Positions 18,786 to 27,790 of a stretch of 64,000 nucleotides of DNA are shown in pieces. Below the pieces are notes generated by a model. It saw only the letters and a list, made by a program, of their open reading frames with translations, did not search any database and was not told the origin of the DNA. Every line of letters begins with the position of its first letter. Positions within the stretch are counted from its first letter, which is position 1. The stretch comes from an uncultured Clostridia bacterium (GTDB lineage Bacteria; Bacillota; Clostridia; Christensenellales; Aristaeellaceae): contig CAMVHE010000005.1 in NCBI GenBank assembly GCA_947167215.1, positions 1,905 through 65,904 on the forward strand, written 5' to 3'. The position numbers and the translations under genes are program-made.

Positions 18786-20366
18786 ATGTGTTCCATCTTT
18801 GGCGTTACCAGCAAGAACATCCCTGAAGATACCCTGAAGCAGGCCTTTCAGCGAACCGTTTCCCGCGGTCCCGACATGAGCCGGTTTGAAGAGATCCCCT
18901 GCGGATATCTCGGTTTTCACCGTCTGGCCATCATGGGGCTGGATGCACGCGGCATGCAGCCTTTTTACAGGGACCGGGACGCCGTTGTTTGCAACGGCGA
19001 GCTGTACGACTTCCGGCCTTTGCGGGATCGTCTGCTTGCAAAATATGAACTGATCAGCCAATCTGACTGCGAGATTCTCCTGCCGCTCTACCATGAGTAC
19101 GGAGTGGAGATGTTCAAAACCCTGGATGCGGAATTTGCCCTGATTCTCTGGGACGGCGAAAAGCAGAAGCTCCTTGCTGCCCGGGACCCTATCGGTATCC
19201 GGCCGCTGTATTACGGCAGACTGGAAGACGGGGAATGGGCCTTTGCCAGTGAGCCCAAGAACCTGCTTGGTCTGTGCAAAAACATTCTGCCTTTCCCTCC
19301 CGGCCACTATTGGATGGACGGGGAATTCATCCGGTATGCGGATCCGGCCTATGTCGGCTACTTCACCATGAAGGAAGAAGAGGCTGTCTGCGACAAGCTC
19401 CGCCGGCTTCTGATTGACGGAGTCAGGAAACGGCTGGATGCAGATGCCCCCATCGGCTTTCTGCTGTCCGGCGGCCTGGATTCCTCCCTAGTGTGCGCCA
19501 TTGCCCAGAAGATTCTCCAAAGGCCGATCCGCACCTTCGCCATCGGCATGGATATCGACGCCATTGACCTTAAATATGCCCGCATGGTTGCAGACTACAT
19601 TGGCAGCGACCATACGGAGGTCATCATTTCCGAAAAAGAGGTCCTGGATGCGCTCCCTGCGGTGGTGGAACTGCTGGGGACATGGGACATCACGACCATC
19701 CGGGCCAGCATCGGCATGTACCTCGTCTGTAAGTGGATCCACGAAAATACGGATGTGCGCGTGCTGCTGACAGGAGAAATCTCCGATGAGCTTTTCGGCT
19801 ACAAATATACGGATTACGCCCCCGATGCCGCCGCTTTCCAGGAAGAGGCGGAAAAGCGCATCCGTGAACTTCACGTCTATGATGTACTCCGGGCAGACCG
19901 GTGTATCTCCGTCAACAGTCTGGAGGCCCGCGTCCCCTTCGGGGATCTCAAGTTTGTCCGTTATGCCATGAGCATTGATCCCGAATTGAAAATGAACCGC
20001 CACAACATAGGAAAGTACCTGATCCGCAGGGCTTTTGCTGAAGACCATATCCTCCCTGACGAAATCCTCTGGCGGCAGAAGGCTGCTTTCTCCGACGCAG
20101 TCGGGCACAGTATGGTGGACGACCTCAAGGCGCTGGCCGAAAGGACCTTCACCGATGAACAGTTCGCCGCCGGGGCCGCAAAGTACGATTACTGCCGCCC
20201 CTTTACCAAGGAAAGCCTGCTGTACCGGGAACTGTTTGAACGGTTCTACCCCAACCAGGCCCGGATGATCCCGGGCTACTGGATGCCCAACAAAAGCTGG
20301 CCGGGCTGTGATGTGGATGATCCTTCCGCCCGGGTTCTGGCCAACTACGGCGACAGCGGAAAATAG
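18786..20366 (+). CDS. asnB: asparagine synthetase (glutamine-hydrolysing)
   Basis: 526 aa from the ATG at 18786. MCSIFGV gives the Ntn Cys2, and SGGLDSS is the PP-loop. The ORF-track start at 18648 lies inside the T-box leader. Confidence 0.9.
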   Translation: MCSIFGVTSKNIPEDTLKQAFQRTVSRGPDMSRFEEIPCGYLGFHRLAIMGLDARGMQPFYRDRDAVVCNGELYDFRPLRDRLLAKYELISQSDCEILLPLYHEYGVEMFKTLDAEFALILWDGEKQKLLAARDPIGIRPLYYGRLEDGEWAFASEPKNLLGLCKNILPFPPGHYWMDGEFIRYADPAYVGYFTMKEEEAVCDKLRRLLIDGVRKRLDADAPIGFLLSGGLDSSLVCAIAQKILQRPIRTFAIGMDIDAIDLKYARMVADYIGSDHTEVIISEKEVLDALPAVVELLGTWDITTIRASIGMYLVCKWIHENTDVRVLLTGEISDELFGYKYTDYAPDAAAFQEEAEKRIRELHVYDVLRADRCISVNSLEARVPFGDLKFVRYAMSIDPELKMNRHNIGKYLIRRAFAEDHILPDEILWRQKAAFSDAVGHSMVDDLKALAERTFTDEQFAAGAAKYDYCRPFTKESLLYRELFERFYPNQARMIPGYWMPNKSWPGCDVDDPSARVLANYGDSGK

Positions 20367-20368
20367 GA

Positions 20369-20392
20369 TCCGGACTTTCCGGAACGTTTTTT
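20369..20392 (+). terminator. weak terminator after asnB
   Basis: TCCGG-ACTTT-CCGGA hairpin (5 bp) followed by AACG and T6. Confidence 0.35.
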
Positions 20393-20485
20393 CCCGGCGT
20401 CTGCTGCTTCTGCTGCAGAACATTGCGGTCCAACCGCCCTTTTCCCTTCTTCCGGCAGCATTTCTCCAGGATACTGAATCATTAA

Positions 20486-20539
20486 GGCACAAGGGTGTGC
20501 CGGCGAGCCTGCTCGCCAGCATGCCCCTGTGCCTTTTTT
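20486..20539 (+). terminator. strong leader terminator immediately upstream of the amt RBS
   Basis: GGCACAAGGGTGTGC (20486-20500) pairs with GCATGCCCCTGTGCC (20519-20533) with 1 mismatch and 2 GU pairs. This encloses GGCGAG-CCTG-CTCGCC and is followed by T6. The amt ATG is 33 nt downstream. Confidence 0.75.
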
Positions 20540-20571
20540 GATAATACTTCAAATAAAGGAACGTGATCTGA

Positions 20572-22275
20572 ATGAACTATTCTCCCGTAAACACCATCTG
20601 GGTCCTTCTCGGCGCTGCTCTGGTTTTCTTCATGCAGGCTGGCTTTGCCATGTGTGAGGCGGGATTTACCCGTGCAAAAAACTCCGGGAATATCCTGATG
20701 AAAAACCTGATGGACTTCTGCATCGGAACCCCGCTCTACTGGATTTTCGGCTACGGGATCATGTTCGGTGCAGGGACAGCGCTGTTCGGCTGGATTGATC
20801 CGTTCATTCTGAAGGATTACAGCCATATTCTCCCGCCCGGTGTACCGCTCTGGGCCTACGCCATTTTCCAGACCGTTTTCTGCGCCACTTCCGCCACCAT
20901 CGTCTCCGGCGCCATGGCCGAGCGCACCAGGTTTTCTGCCTACTGCCTCTACTCCGCCGCCATTTCCCTGTTCATCTATCCCGTAAGCGGGCACTGGATC
21001 TGGGGCGGAGGCTGGCTGGCTCAGATGGGCTTCCACGATTTTGCCGGCTCCACCGCCGTGCACATGGTCGGCGGTGTCTGTGCACTGATCGGCGCCCGAA
21101 TGCTCGGGCCCCGGATCGGCAAGTACGGAAAAGACGGAAAGCCCCGTGCCATCCTCGGCCATAACCTGAGCATTGCCGCTCTGGGTGTCTTCATCCTGTG
21201 GTTCTGCTGGTTCGGCTTTAACGGTGCCTCCACCGTCGGCATGGACAGCGACAGTCTTCTCTCCGCCGCCTCCATCGTCTTCTTCAACACAAACCTCTCC
21301 GCCGCTCTGGCTACCCTCACCACCATGTTCTTCACCTGGCTCCGCTACGGAAAACCGGATGTCTCCATGACTTTCAACGCTTCCCTGGCCGGTCTGGTAG
21401 GCATCACTGCAGGCTGCGACGCCGTCAGTCCCTTCGGCGCTGCCGTCATCGGTCTGTGCTGCGGTTTTGCCATTGTCCTCTCCGTGGAATTCTTCGATAA
21501 AATTGCCCGGATCGATGACCCTGTCGGAGCCATCTCCGTTCATGGCGTATGCGGTGCACTGGGCACCATCCTGACCGGGTTCTTTGCCACCGGCGTTTCC
21601 ACCATGAAAGGGGTTTTCTACGGCGGAGGCCTCTCCTTCCTGCTGGTGCAGTGTGCCGGGGTGATTTCAACGATCGCCTGGACTGCCGTCGTCATCACCA
21701 TTGTCTTTACCATGATCCGGAAAACCATCGGACTCCGTGCAGATGCTTCGGAGGAAGTCATGGGGCTTGACCGTTCCGAGCACGGCCTTCCCACTGCCTA
21801 TGCCGGAATCGCCATGCTCCCGGACGATACTTTCAGTCAGGACAGCAGCACGGCCTCCGCTTCCATGTCCTATCAGGGAACGGCATCTCCGGAAAAGAAC
21901 AAGGAGAAAGCCCCGGATTCTCCGGTCTACACCCGTATTCAGATTATCTGCAGACCTTCTGCACTGGAAGGGCTCAAAAATGCCATGAACAAAATCGGCA
22001 TCACCGGAATGACGGTGACCAACGTCATGGGCTACGGTACACAGAAAGGAACGCCGGAGTACTACCGCGGCACTCCGGTCGAGGTTACCCTTCTGCCGAA
22101 GGTACAGGTGGACATCGTCGTCAGCAAAGTTCCGGTCCGGGAGGTCATCGAAACGGCCTGCGCCGTCCTTCACACCGGACACATCGGAGACGGAAAAATC
22201 TTCGTCTACGATGTCGAAAATGTTGTCCGCGTCCGCACCGGCGAGGAAGGGTATGATGCCCTGCAGTCCGACTGA
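20572..22275 (+). CDS. ammonium transporter (Amt) fused to a C-terminal P-II (GlnK/GlnB) domain
   Basis: 567 aa. Residues 1-~410 form a multi-TM Amt (FAGSTAVHMVGG). After a ~45-aa linker comes a P-II domain: RIQIICRPSALEGLKNAMNKIGITGMTVTNVMGYGTQKGTPEYYRGTPVEV...GDGKIFVYDVENVVRVRTGEEG. Confidence 0.85.
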   Translation: MNYSPVNTIWVLLGAALVFFMQAGFAMCEAGFTRAKNSGNILMKNLMDFCIGTPLYWIFGYGIMFGAGTALFGWIDPFILKDYSHILPPGVPLWAYAIFQTVFCATSATIVSGAMAERTRFSAYCLYSAAISLFIYPVSGHWIWGGGWLAQMGFHDFAGSTAVHMVGGVCALIGARMLGPRIGKYGKDGKPRAILGHNLSIAALGVFILWFCWFGFNGASTVGMDSDSLLSAASIVFFNTNLSAALATLTTMFFTWLRYGKPDVSMTFNASLAGLVGITAGCDAVSPFGAAVIGLCCGFAIVLSVEFFDKIARIDDPVGAISVHGVCGALGTILTGFFATGVSTMKGVFYGGGLSFLLVQCAGVISTIAWTAVVITIVFTMIRKTIGLRADASEEVMGLDRSEHGLPTAYAGIAMLPDDTFSQDSSTASASMSYQGTASPEKNKEKAPDSPVYTRIQIICRPSALEGLKNAMNKIGITGMTVTNVMGYGTQKGTPEYYRGTPVEVTLLPKVQVDIVVSKVPVREVIETACAVLHTGHIGDGKIFVYDVENVVRVRTGEEGYDALQSD

Positions 22276-22287
22276 TGTTCTGCCCTG

Positions 22288-22377
22288 CTGCCGGCCGGAA
22301 AAGCCGCGCCCCGGTTTCCGGCCGGCAGCGTTCTGCTTTTCCCGCAAAAGAGGACACCTCCGCGTGCCCTCTTTTTT
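22288..22377 (+). terminator. tandem terminators after amt::PII
   Basis: CTGCCGGCCGGAAA (22288-22301) pairs with TTTCCGGCCGGCAG (22315-22328). A second hairpin AGAGGACAC (22349-22357) / GTGCCCTCT (22364-22372) is followed by T5 (22373-22377). Confidence 0.7.
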
Positions 22378-22560
22378 GCTTTTTCTTCGGTTTCCGGATA
22401 CCCTTCGTCCACTGACCGCTGACACAATTTCGTCACATTTCCTTCACGATCTTTTTGAAAGCTTACCATTTTTATGTCAAAGAGCCGATTTATAATTACG
22501 GCGTCTTCCGAAGGAAGGCACAAGAAACTGTTAATTCATTTTCCGGAAAGGAGAATTCAT

Positions 22561-23751
22561 ATGCGTAAACATGTACTTTCAGTAATCTCTCTTATCGCAG
22601 TCATTGCTCTTATTGCTGTTGCTTCCCTGTCCGTGCTGGCTACTGCCGAGACATCGGACAAGTCGGATAAACATTTCAGCGTAATCGAGGCAGCCAGTGA
22701 CGAAAATGCGCTTTCCGTCAAGGAAATCGCCAAGAAGAACCAGAATTCCGTCGTGGCAATCGAGACGGAAACCAAAGTTGTCTACAACAATAACGATTAT
22801 TACAACCCCTTCGGCTTCTTCGGATACGGCTACGGATATCCTTACGGCTACGGCGATCGTTCCCCTCGTGAAATCACCCGTACAGCCAGCGGTTCCGGTG
22901 TCATCATTTCCGACGACGGATACATCGTCACGAACAACCACGTCATCTCCGGCGCTGACAAGATCATCGTCTATGTAAGAGGCGAGGACGGGGAAGAGAC
23001 GGAGTATGAAGCTACCCTGGTCGGTTCTTCCGAAAGCCATGACGTCGCTGTCCTGCAGATCGAAGCCGACAACCTGACCCCTGTAACCTTCGGCAACAGC
23101 GATACGCTTGAAGTCGGTGAACTGGCAGTTGTCATCGGCAACCCCATGGGAACGGTACACGGTTCCGTTACAGCCGGCATTATTTCCGCCCTCCAGCAGG
23201 AAATGACCATCGATGATACCCGGATCAACGCCATACAGACAGATGCTTCCGTGAACCCCGGCAACTCCGGCGGCGCACTCTTCGATTCCTACGGCAACCT
23301 CATGGGTATTGTCTATGCAAAGGCTTCCAATGTACAGATCGAAGGCATCGGCTATGCAATCCCTGTCAACGACATAAAGGACCTCATCGAGCAGATGATC
23401 AATGACCCGGATGCAGTGGAAGCACAGACCAACGGCAGCCGTATCATGCTCGGTATCACGATTTCCGATGTAACTGAGGAAATCAGCAGACAGTATTCCA
23501 TGCCCAGAGGCGTCTATATCACCGAAGTCAACTCCATGAGTGCAGCTGAGCGTGCCGGCCTGCAGCGTGGCGACATCATCACCGGGTTCGCCGGCGAGAA
23601 GATCACCTCTGCGGATGAACTCAATGCAGTGAAGGCAAAACAGACTCCTGGTGAAATCGTGAATGTGGAGATCGACCGTAACGGTCAGACTCTGACCCTG
23701 AAGCTTGTCATTCCGCAGCCCACGGAAGTAGATACTGCCTCGAATCGATAA
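22561..23751 (+). CDS. HtrA/DegP-family serine protease with N-terminal membrane anchor and C-terminal PDZ domain
   Basis: The ATG at 22561 follows GGAAAGGAG. Triad motifs TNNHVI and GNSGGAL, with a PDZ region (GVYITEVNSMSAAERAGLQRGDII). Confidence 0.85.
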   Translation: MRKHVLSVISLIAVIALIAVASLSVLATAETSDKSDKHFSVIEAASDENALSVKEIAKKNQNSVVAIETETKVVYNNNDYYNPFGFFGYGYGYPYGYGDRSPREITRTASGSGVIISDDGYIVTNNHVISGADKIIVYVRGEDGEETEYEATLVGSSESHDVAVLQIEADNLTPVTFGNSDTLEVGELAVVIGNPMGTVHGSVTAGIISALQQEMTIDDTRINAIQTDASVNPGNSGGALFDSYGNLMGIVYAKASNVQIEGIGYAIPVNDIKDLIEQMINDPDAVEAQTNGSRIMLGITISDVTEEISRQYSMPRGVYITEVNSMSAAERAGLQRGDIITGFAGEKITSADELNAVKAKQTPGEIVNVEIDRNGQTLTLKLVIPQPTEVDTASNR

Positions 23752-23768
23752 TCTGCTTCACTTTTTCA

Positions 23769-23798
23769 GCGGACAACGAACAGTTGTCCGCTTTTTTT
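23769..23798 (+). terminator. intrinsic terminator after htrA
   Basis: GCGGACAAC-GAACA-GTTGTCCGC followed by T7. Confidence 0.8.
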
Positions 23799-23876
23799 CA
23801 TGCGTTTTCATTTGCAGTGCCCCTTCTGCTGTGATATGATTACTCTGTTCAACTGTCGATATCAATCGGAGGCACT

Positions 23877-25271
23877 ATGCGGCATCTCTCCTTTCTTTTT
23901 TTGCTTTTTTTCTTACTGTTTCCCGCCTTTTCCTTTGCTGAAACCATCTTATGGGAAGATGATAACGGAAAAGTCATGCTGAACGAAGGCGGAGAAATCT
24001 CCTTCATCTCTCCGGACAGTGAAAGCATTCTCTGGTCTCCGGAGCTGGAAGAAGATCTCCCCGGGGAAAGCTGGAAAGAGGAAGATATTTATTTTTTCGA
24101 AAGCCCCGTCCCCACCGCAGCGCCGGAAGGATATGTCGGAGCAGTCTCTTTCACTTATAAGAAAACCCTGAAATACGGCGATTCCGGAACGCTGGTCAGT
24201 CAGCTCCAGGAGCGGCTGAAAGCACTCGGTTTCTATGAGGCAAAAGTCTCCGGAGGCTATTATAAGGTCACCCGGAATGCCGTGCGCGCCTTTCAGCGGC
24301 AAAACGGCCTGAACGTTGACGGCGTGGCGGGCAGACAGACTCAGGAGCTGCTCTTCTCTTCCGCAGCGGTTCCTGCCAGTGCAACCCCGCTTCCTTCGCC
24401 TACGCCTGCTCCTGCCCGGTATAAGCTCATGGTGGACGTCACCAACCAGATCACCCGGGCTTATACCTATGATGAGCATGGCGACTATACGGTTCTCGTC
24501 CGGGAAATGATCTGTTCCACGGGCACCGTCAAAAATCCCACACCGCTCGGCACGACCATCATGCCGAAAACAAGGGCCAGATGGGGATACTTTCCCACCT
24601 GGGACTCCCATGCGCAGTATCTTACCCGCATCGACAAGGCCAATGCCTTCCATTCCGTACTCTATACCCAGCCCGTGGACAGCGCCCTCGCCGTTTCATC
24701 CTATAAGGCGCTAGGAACCCGTCAGTCCCACGGCTGTGTCCGGCTCCTGGTTTCGGATGCCAAATGGATCTATGACAACTGCTCTGCCGGAACCATCATC
24801 ACCGTCTATGAAAGCGAAATCTACGATCCCGAATACACCATGACGCTGAAGCCTTCCCTCAATGAGAATACTATGCGGGAACGATCCCTTCCGGCACCTA
24901 CCCCTACCCCGGAATATACCCCCGAAAACTGGCCCACCAGCTACCGGACCCTTTCCCGTGGAAAAACCGGCAGGGATGTCTATATGGTGCAGATGCGTCT
25001 GCAGGAGCTGGGATACTACCACGGGACCGTTACCGGCGGCTATTACGGCGGAACCATTGAAGCCGTCCGCGCATTTCAGAAGGATCACGGGCTCACCGTA
25101 GACGGCGCCGCCGGCAGGCAGACCCAGGCCGTTCTTTTCTCTCCCGAGGTCGGCAGTACCCCTGCCGCAACACCAACCCTGCTGCCGGTCATGACACCCC
25201 AACCCACCCCCATTCCAACACCGACACCAGATCCTGCCAGCTATGTTCCCCATGCAGATGCCGTCGGCTGA
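23877..25271 (+). CDS. secreted L,D-transpeptidase (YkuD domain) with two PG_binding_1 domains
   Basis: Signal peptide MRHLSFLFLLFFLLFPAFSFA and the YkuD active site SHGCVRL. Two peptidoglycan-binding repeats (…AVRAFQRQNGLNVDGVAGRQT…, …AVRAFQKDHGLTVDGAAGRQT…). Confidence 0.85.
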   Translation: MRHLSFLFLLFFLLFPAFSFAETILWEDDNGKVMLNEGGEISFISPDSESILWSPELEEDLPGESWKEEDIYFFESPVPTAAPEGYVGAVSFTYKKTLKYGDSGTLVSQLQERLKALGFYEAKVSGGYYKVTRNAVRAFQRQNGLNVDGVAGRQTQELLFSSAAVPASATPLPSPTPAPARYKLMVDVTNQITRAYTYDEHGDYTVLVREMICSTGTVKNPTPLGTTIMPKTRARWGYFPTWDSHAQYLTRIDKANAFHSVLYTQPVDSALAVSSYKALGTRQSHGCVRLLVSDAKWIYDNCSAGTIITVYESEIYDPEYTMTLKPSLNENTMRERSLPAPTPTPEYTPENWPTSYRTLSRGKTGRDVYMVQMRLQELGYYHGTVTGGYYGGTIEAVRAFQKDHGLTVDGAAGRQTQAVLFSPEVGSTPAATPTLLPVMTPQPTPIPTPTPDPASYVPHADAVG

Positions 25272-25292
25272 TCGCATTCAAAGGAGTTCTCC

Positions 25293-26726
25293 ATGCTTTT
25301 CAATTCTTATGTTTTCATTCTTGCCTTCCTGCCCGTCACGCTCATTGTCTATTTCCTGTTGGGCAGGCTGCCGGAGCGGATTCCCCTCAACAAGGCTTTC
25401 CTGGTTATCGCCTCCTTCGTATTCTACGGCTACAATAACCCAAGCTATGTGCCTATCATTGCAGGAAGCATTCTCGTCAATTATGCCCTGTCTCAGGGCA
25501 TGCTGCGCCTGGCATCCAGGATTCCCCGCCTTCTGCTGATGCTCCTCGGCATCCTTCTCAATCTTGGGGTATTGTTTATCTTCAAATACTATGATTTCTT
25601 TGCCGAAAACATGAACTCCTTCCTCGGCACACACTTCACCCTGCGGCACCTTGTGCTGCCTCTCGGCATCTCTTTCTTTACTTTCCAGCAGCTGTCCTAC
25701 GTAATCGACAGCTACCGCAAAACGGTACCCCCCTATCACCTGCTCGACTATGCGCTTTTTGTCACTTTTTTCCCGCAACTGATTGCCGGCCCTATTGTCC
25801 TGCACAGTGAAATCGTTCCCCAGTTTGCAGATCCGCAGAACCGGCATTTCAATCCAGATAACTTTGCACCCGGTCTCTACGGATTCGCACGCGGTCTCTT
25901 TAAAAAGGTCGTTGTCGCAGATACCTTCGCCAAAGCCGTCGAGGTCGGCTTCGGCGCCGCTGCCAGCCTTAACACGGCAGAGGCCTGGTTTATCGCCATC
26001 GGCTATACCCTGCAGCTGTACTTCGACTTTTCCGGTTACTGCGACATGGCTACGGGCATCGGCAAGATGTTCAACATCACCATCCCCATCAATTTCAATT
26101 CTCCTTACAAAAGCCTCAACATCCGGGAATTCTGGCAGCGCTGGCATATCACCCTTTCCCGCTTTCTTACCAATTACATCTATTTCCCGCTGGGCGGCAG
26201 CAGGAAAGGAGCCGTGCGCACCTATATCAATCTGCTTATCGTGTTCCTTCTTTCCGGTCTCTGGCATGGTGCCGGATGGCTTTTCCTGCTCTGGGGCCTT
26301 CTGCACGGCCTGGCAAGCGTGTTCTACCGGCTGTTCCGCAAACAGTATGACAGCCTGCATCCCGCCCTGCAGTGGATAATCAATTTTACCGTTGTGACAG
26401 TGGCCTGGGTCTTCTTCCGGGCAGTCAATCTGGCAGATGCACTCTCCATTGTAAAAACCATGTTTTTCATGGACTTCGGCCCTCTGCGTTCAGAAATCAC
26501 CTCTGCTTTCGCGCTTCCCGGCGGCTTCCATCCCGGCTATAATGCCATCTACATGATGGTCTGGTATGTTCTGGCCCTGTTCTGCTGTCTGGGGCTGCCC
26601 AATAACTATGAAAAAATCATGAAGTTCAAGCCTACGCTGGCCAATTCTCTGGCGACGGTTCTGCTGCTGACCTACTGCACCCTCTGCCTTTCCAGCGTCA
26701 GTGTCTTCCTCTACTTCAATTTCTGA
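25293..26726 (+). CDS. MBOAT-family membrane O-acyltransferase (AlgI/DltB/PatA type)
   Basis: 477 aa, multi-TM, N-terminus MLFNSYVFILAFLP. Conserved FWQRWHITLSRFL motif with the catalytic His. Confidence 0.85.
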   Translation: MLFNSYVFILAFLPVTLIVYFLLGRLPERIPLNKAFLVIASFVFYGYNNPSYVPIIAGSILVNYALSQGMLRLASRIPRLLLMLLGILLNLGVLFIFKYYDFFAENMNSFLGTHFTLRHLVLPLGISFFTFQQLSYVIDSYRKTVPPYHLLDYALFVTFFPQLIAGPIVLHSEIVPQFADPQNRHFNPDNFAPGLYGFARGLFKKVVVADTFAKAVEVGFGAAASLNTAEAWFIAIGYTLQLYFDFSGYCDMATGIGKMFNITIPINFNSPYKSLNIREFWQRWHITLSRFLTNYIYFPLGGSRKGAVRTYINLLIVFLLSGLWHGAGWLFLLWGLLHGLASVFYRLFRKQYDSLHPALQWIINFTVVTVAWVFFRAVNLADALSIVKTMFFMDFGPLRSEITSAFALPGGFHPGYNAIYMMVWYVLALFCCLGLPNNYEKIMKFKPTLANSLATVLLLTYCTLCLSSVSVFLYFNF

Positions 26727-27790
26727 TGGTCTTTGCTATGAACAGAAAACGCTGGTGCCAGCTCAGCCTTCTTCTGCTGCTGGCCGCCTTCCTCTTTCTT
26801 TTCCTGCTGGTCACATTCATTGACCCTTTTCAGGTCTACCGGCTGGCAGAACACTATATTCCCCCCATTGACAATACCACCCAGGTCTATGCAAACGCCG
26901 GAATCGTCAGGAACTATGATTATGATTCCGCGATTGTGGGCAGCTCTGTCACGGAGAATTTCCGCCCTACTTTCATGGACACACAGCTGGGCGGCCGGTT
27001 CATCAAGCTCTGTACGGCTGCAGGAACCGCTTCCAATCATGCTATGCTGATGAATCTGGCCTTCCGCACGCATTCCATGCGGCGAATTGTATATGGTTTC
27101 GACATCTATTCCTATATCAGCGATGCCGGATATTCTTCCCGGAGTATTCCGGACTACCTCTATGACAATAACCCTTTCAACGATGTCCGGTATTGGTACA
27201 ACCGCACCGTCATCGCTTCTTTTCTTCCCCGTTGTCTGTCCACCTGGGGGCAGCAGCAGGATAACAGCATCCGTGACAGCATGTACTGCTGGGCAGGAAA
27301 GGATGAATATGGTGCTATCGCCATGTACAATGCGCAGCTGACCCCTCCGGATCATATTCTGCCGGAAGATTATTACCTGGAAAACGCCCGTGCAAACCTG
27401 GAGACAAATCTCATCGCTTTTATTGCCTCCCATCCGGAAACGCAGTTTGATATTTTCTTTCCCCCCTATTCCGCGGCGGAATGGTCCAGCATGCTCAGCA
27501 AAGGCACACTGTATGCCCTGCTCGCTATCCGTTCCCTCGCCTATGACATGCTTACCCCCTATGAAAATGTCACCCTTTATGATTTTTCCATCCGGGATGA
27601 CTGGGTTCTGCATATCAGCAACTACAAGGACACCACGCATTATGGACAGTGGATCAATGATGCTATCACCGAAAGCATCGCCAAAGGAGAAAACGTTCCT
27701 GCCAGCCTGGAGGAAATCCTCCGGGATAATGCACAGCTGACAGCATGGGCAGAATCAATTCTTGAGAAAGGAGGCTGGTGCTTTGAGTAG
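26726..27790 (+). CDS. membrane-anchored DltD/SGNH-like partner of the MBOAT (hypothetical)
   Basis: The start overlaps the MBOAT stop (TGATG) and there is one N-terminal TM helix. Putative catalytic Ser in VGSSVTENF (GSS as in DltD) and a DxxH block (KDTTHY). Family assignment is by motif only. Confidence 0.5.
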   Translation: MVFAMNRKRWCQLSLLLLLAAFLFLFLLVTFIDPFQVYRLAEHYIPPIDNTTQVYANAGIVRNYDYDSAIVGSSVTENFRPTFMDTQLGGRFIKLCTAAGTASNHAMLMNLAFRTHSMRRIVYGFDIYSYISDAGYSSRSIPDYLYDNNPFNDVRYWYNRTVIASFLPRCLSTWGQQQDNSIRDSMYCWAGKDEYGAIAMYNAQLTPPDHILPEDYYLENARANLETNLIAFIASHPETQFDIFFPPYSAAEWSSMLSKGTLYALLAIRSLAYDMLTPYENVTLYDFSIRDDWVLHISNYKDTTHYGQWINDAITESIAKGENVPASLEEILRDNAQLTAWAESILEKGGWCFE

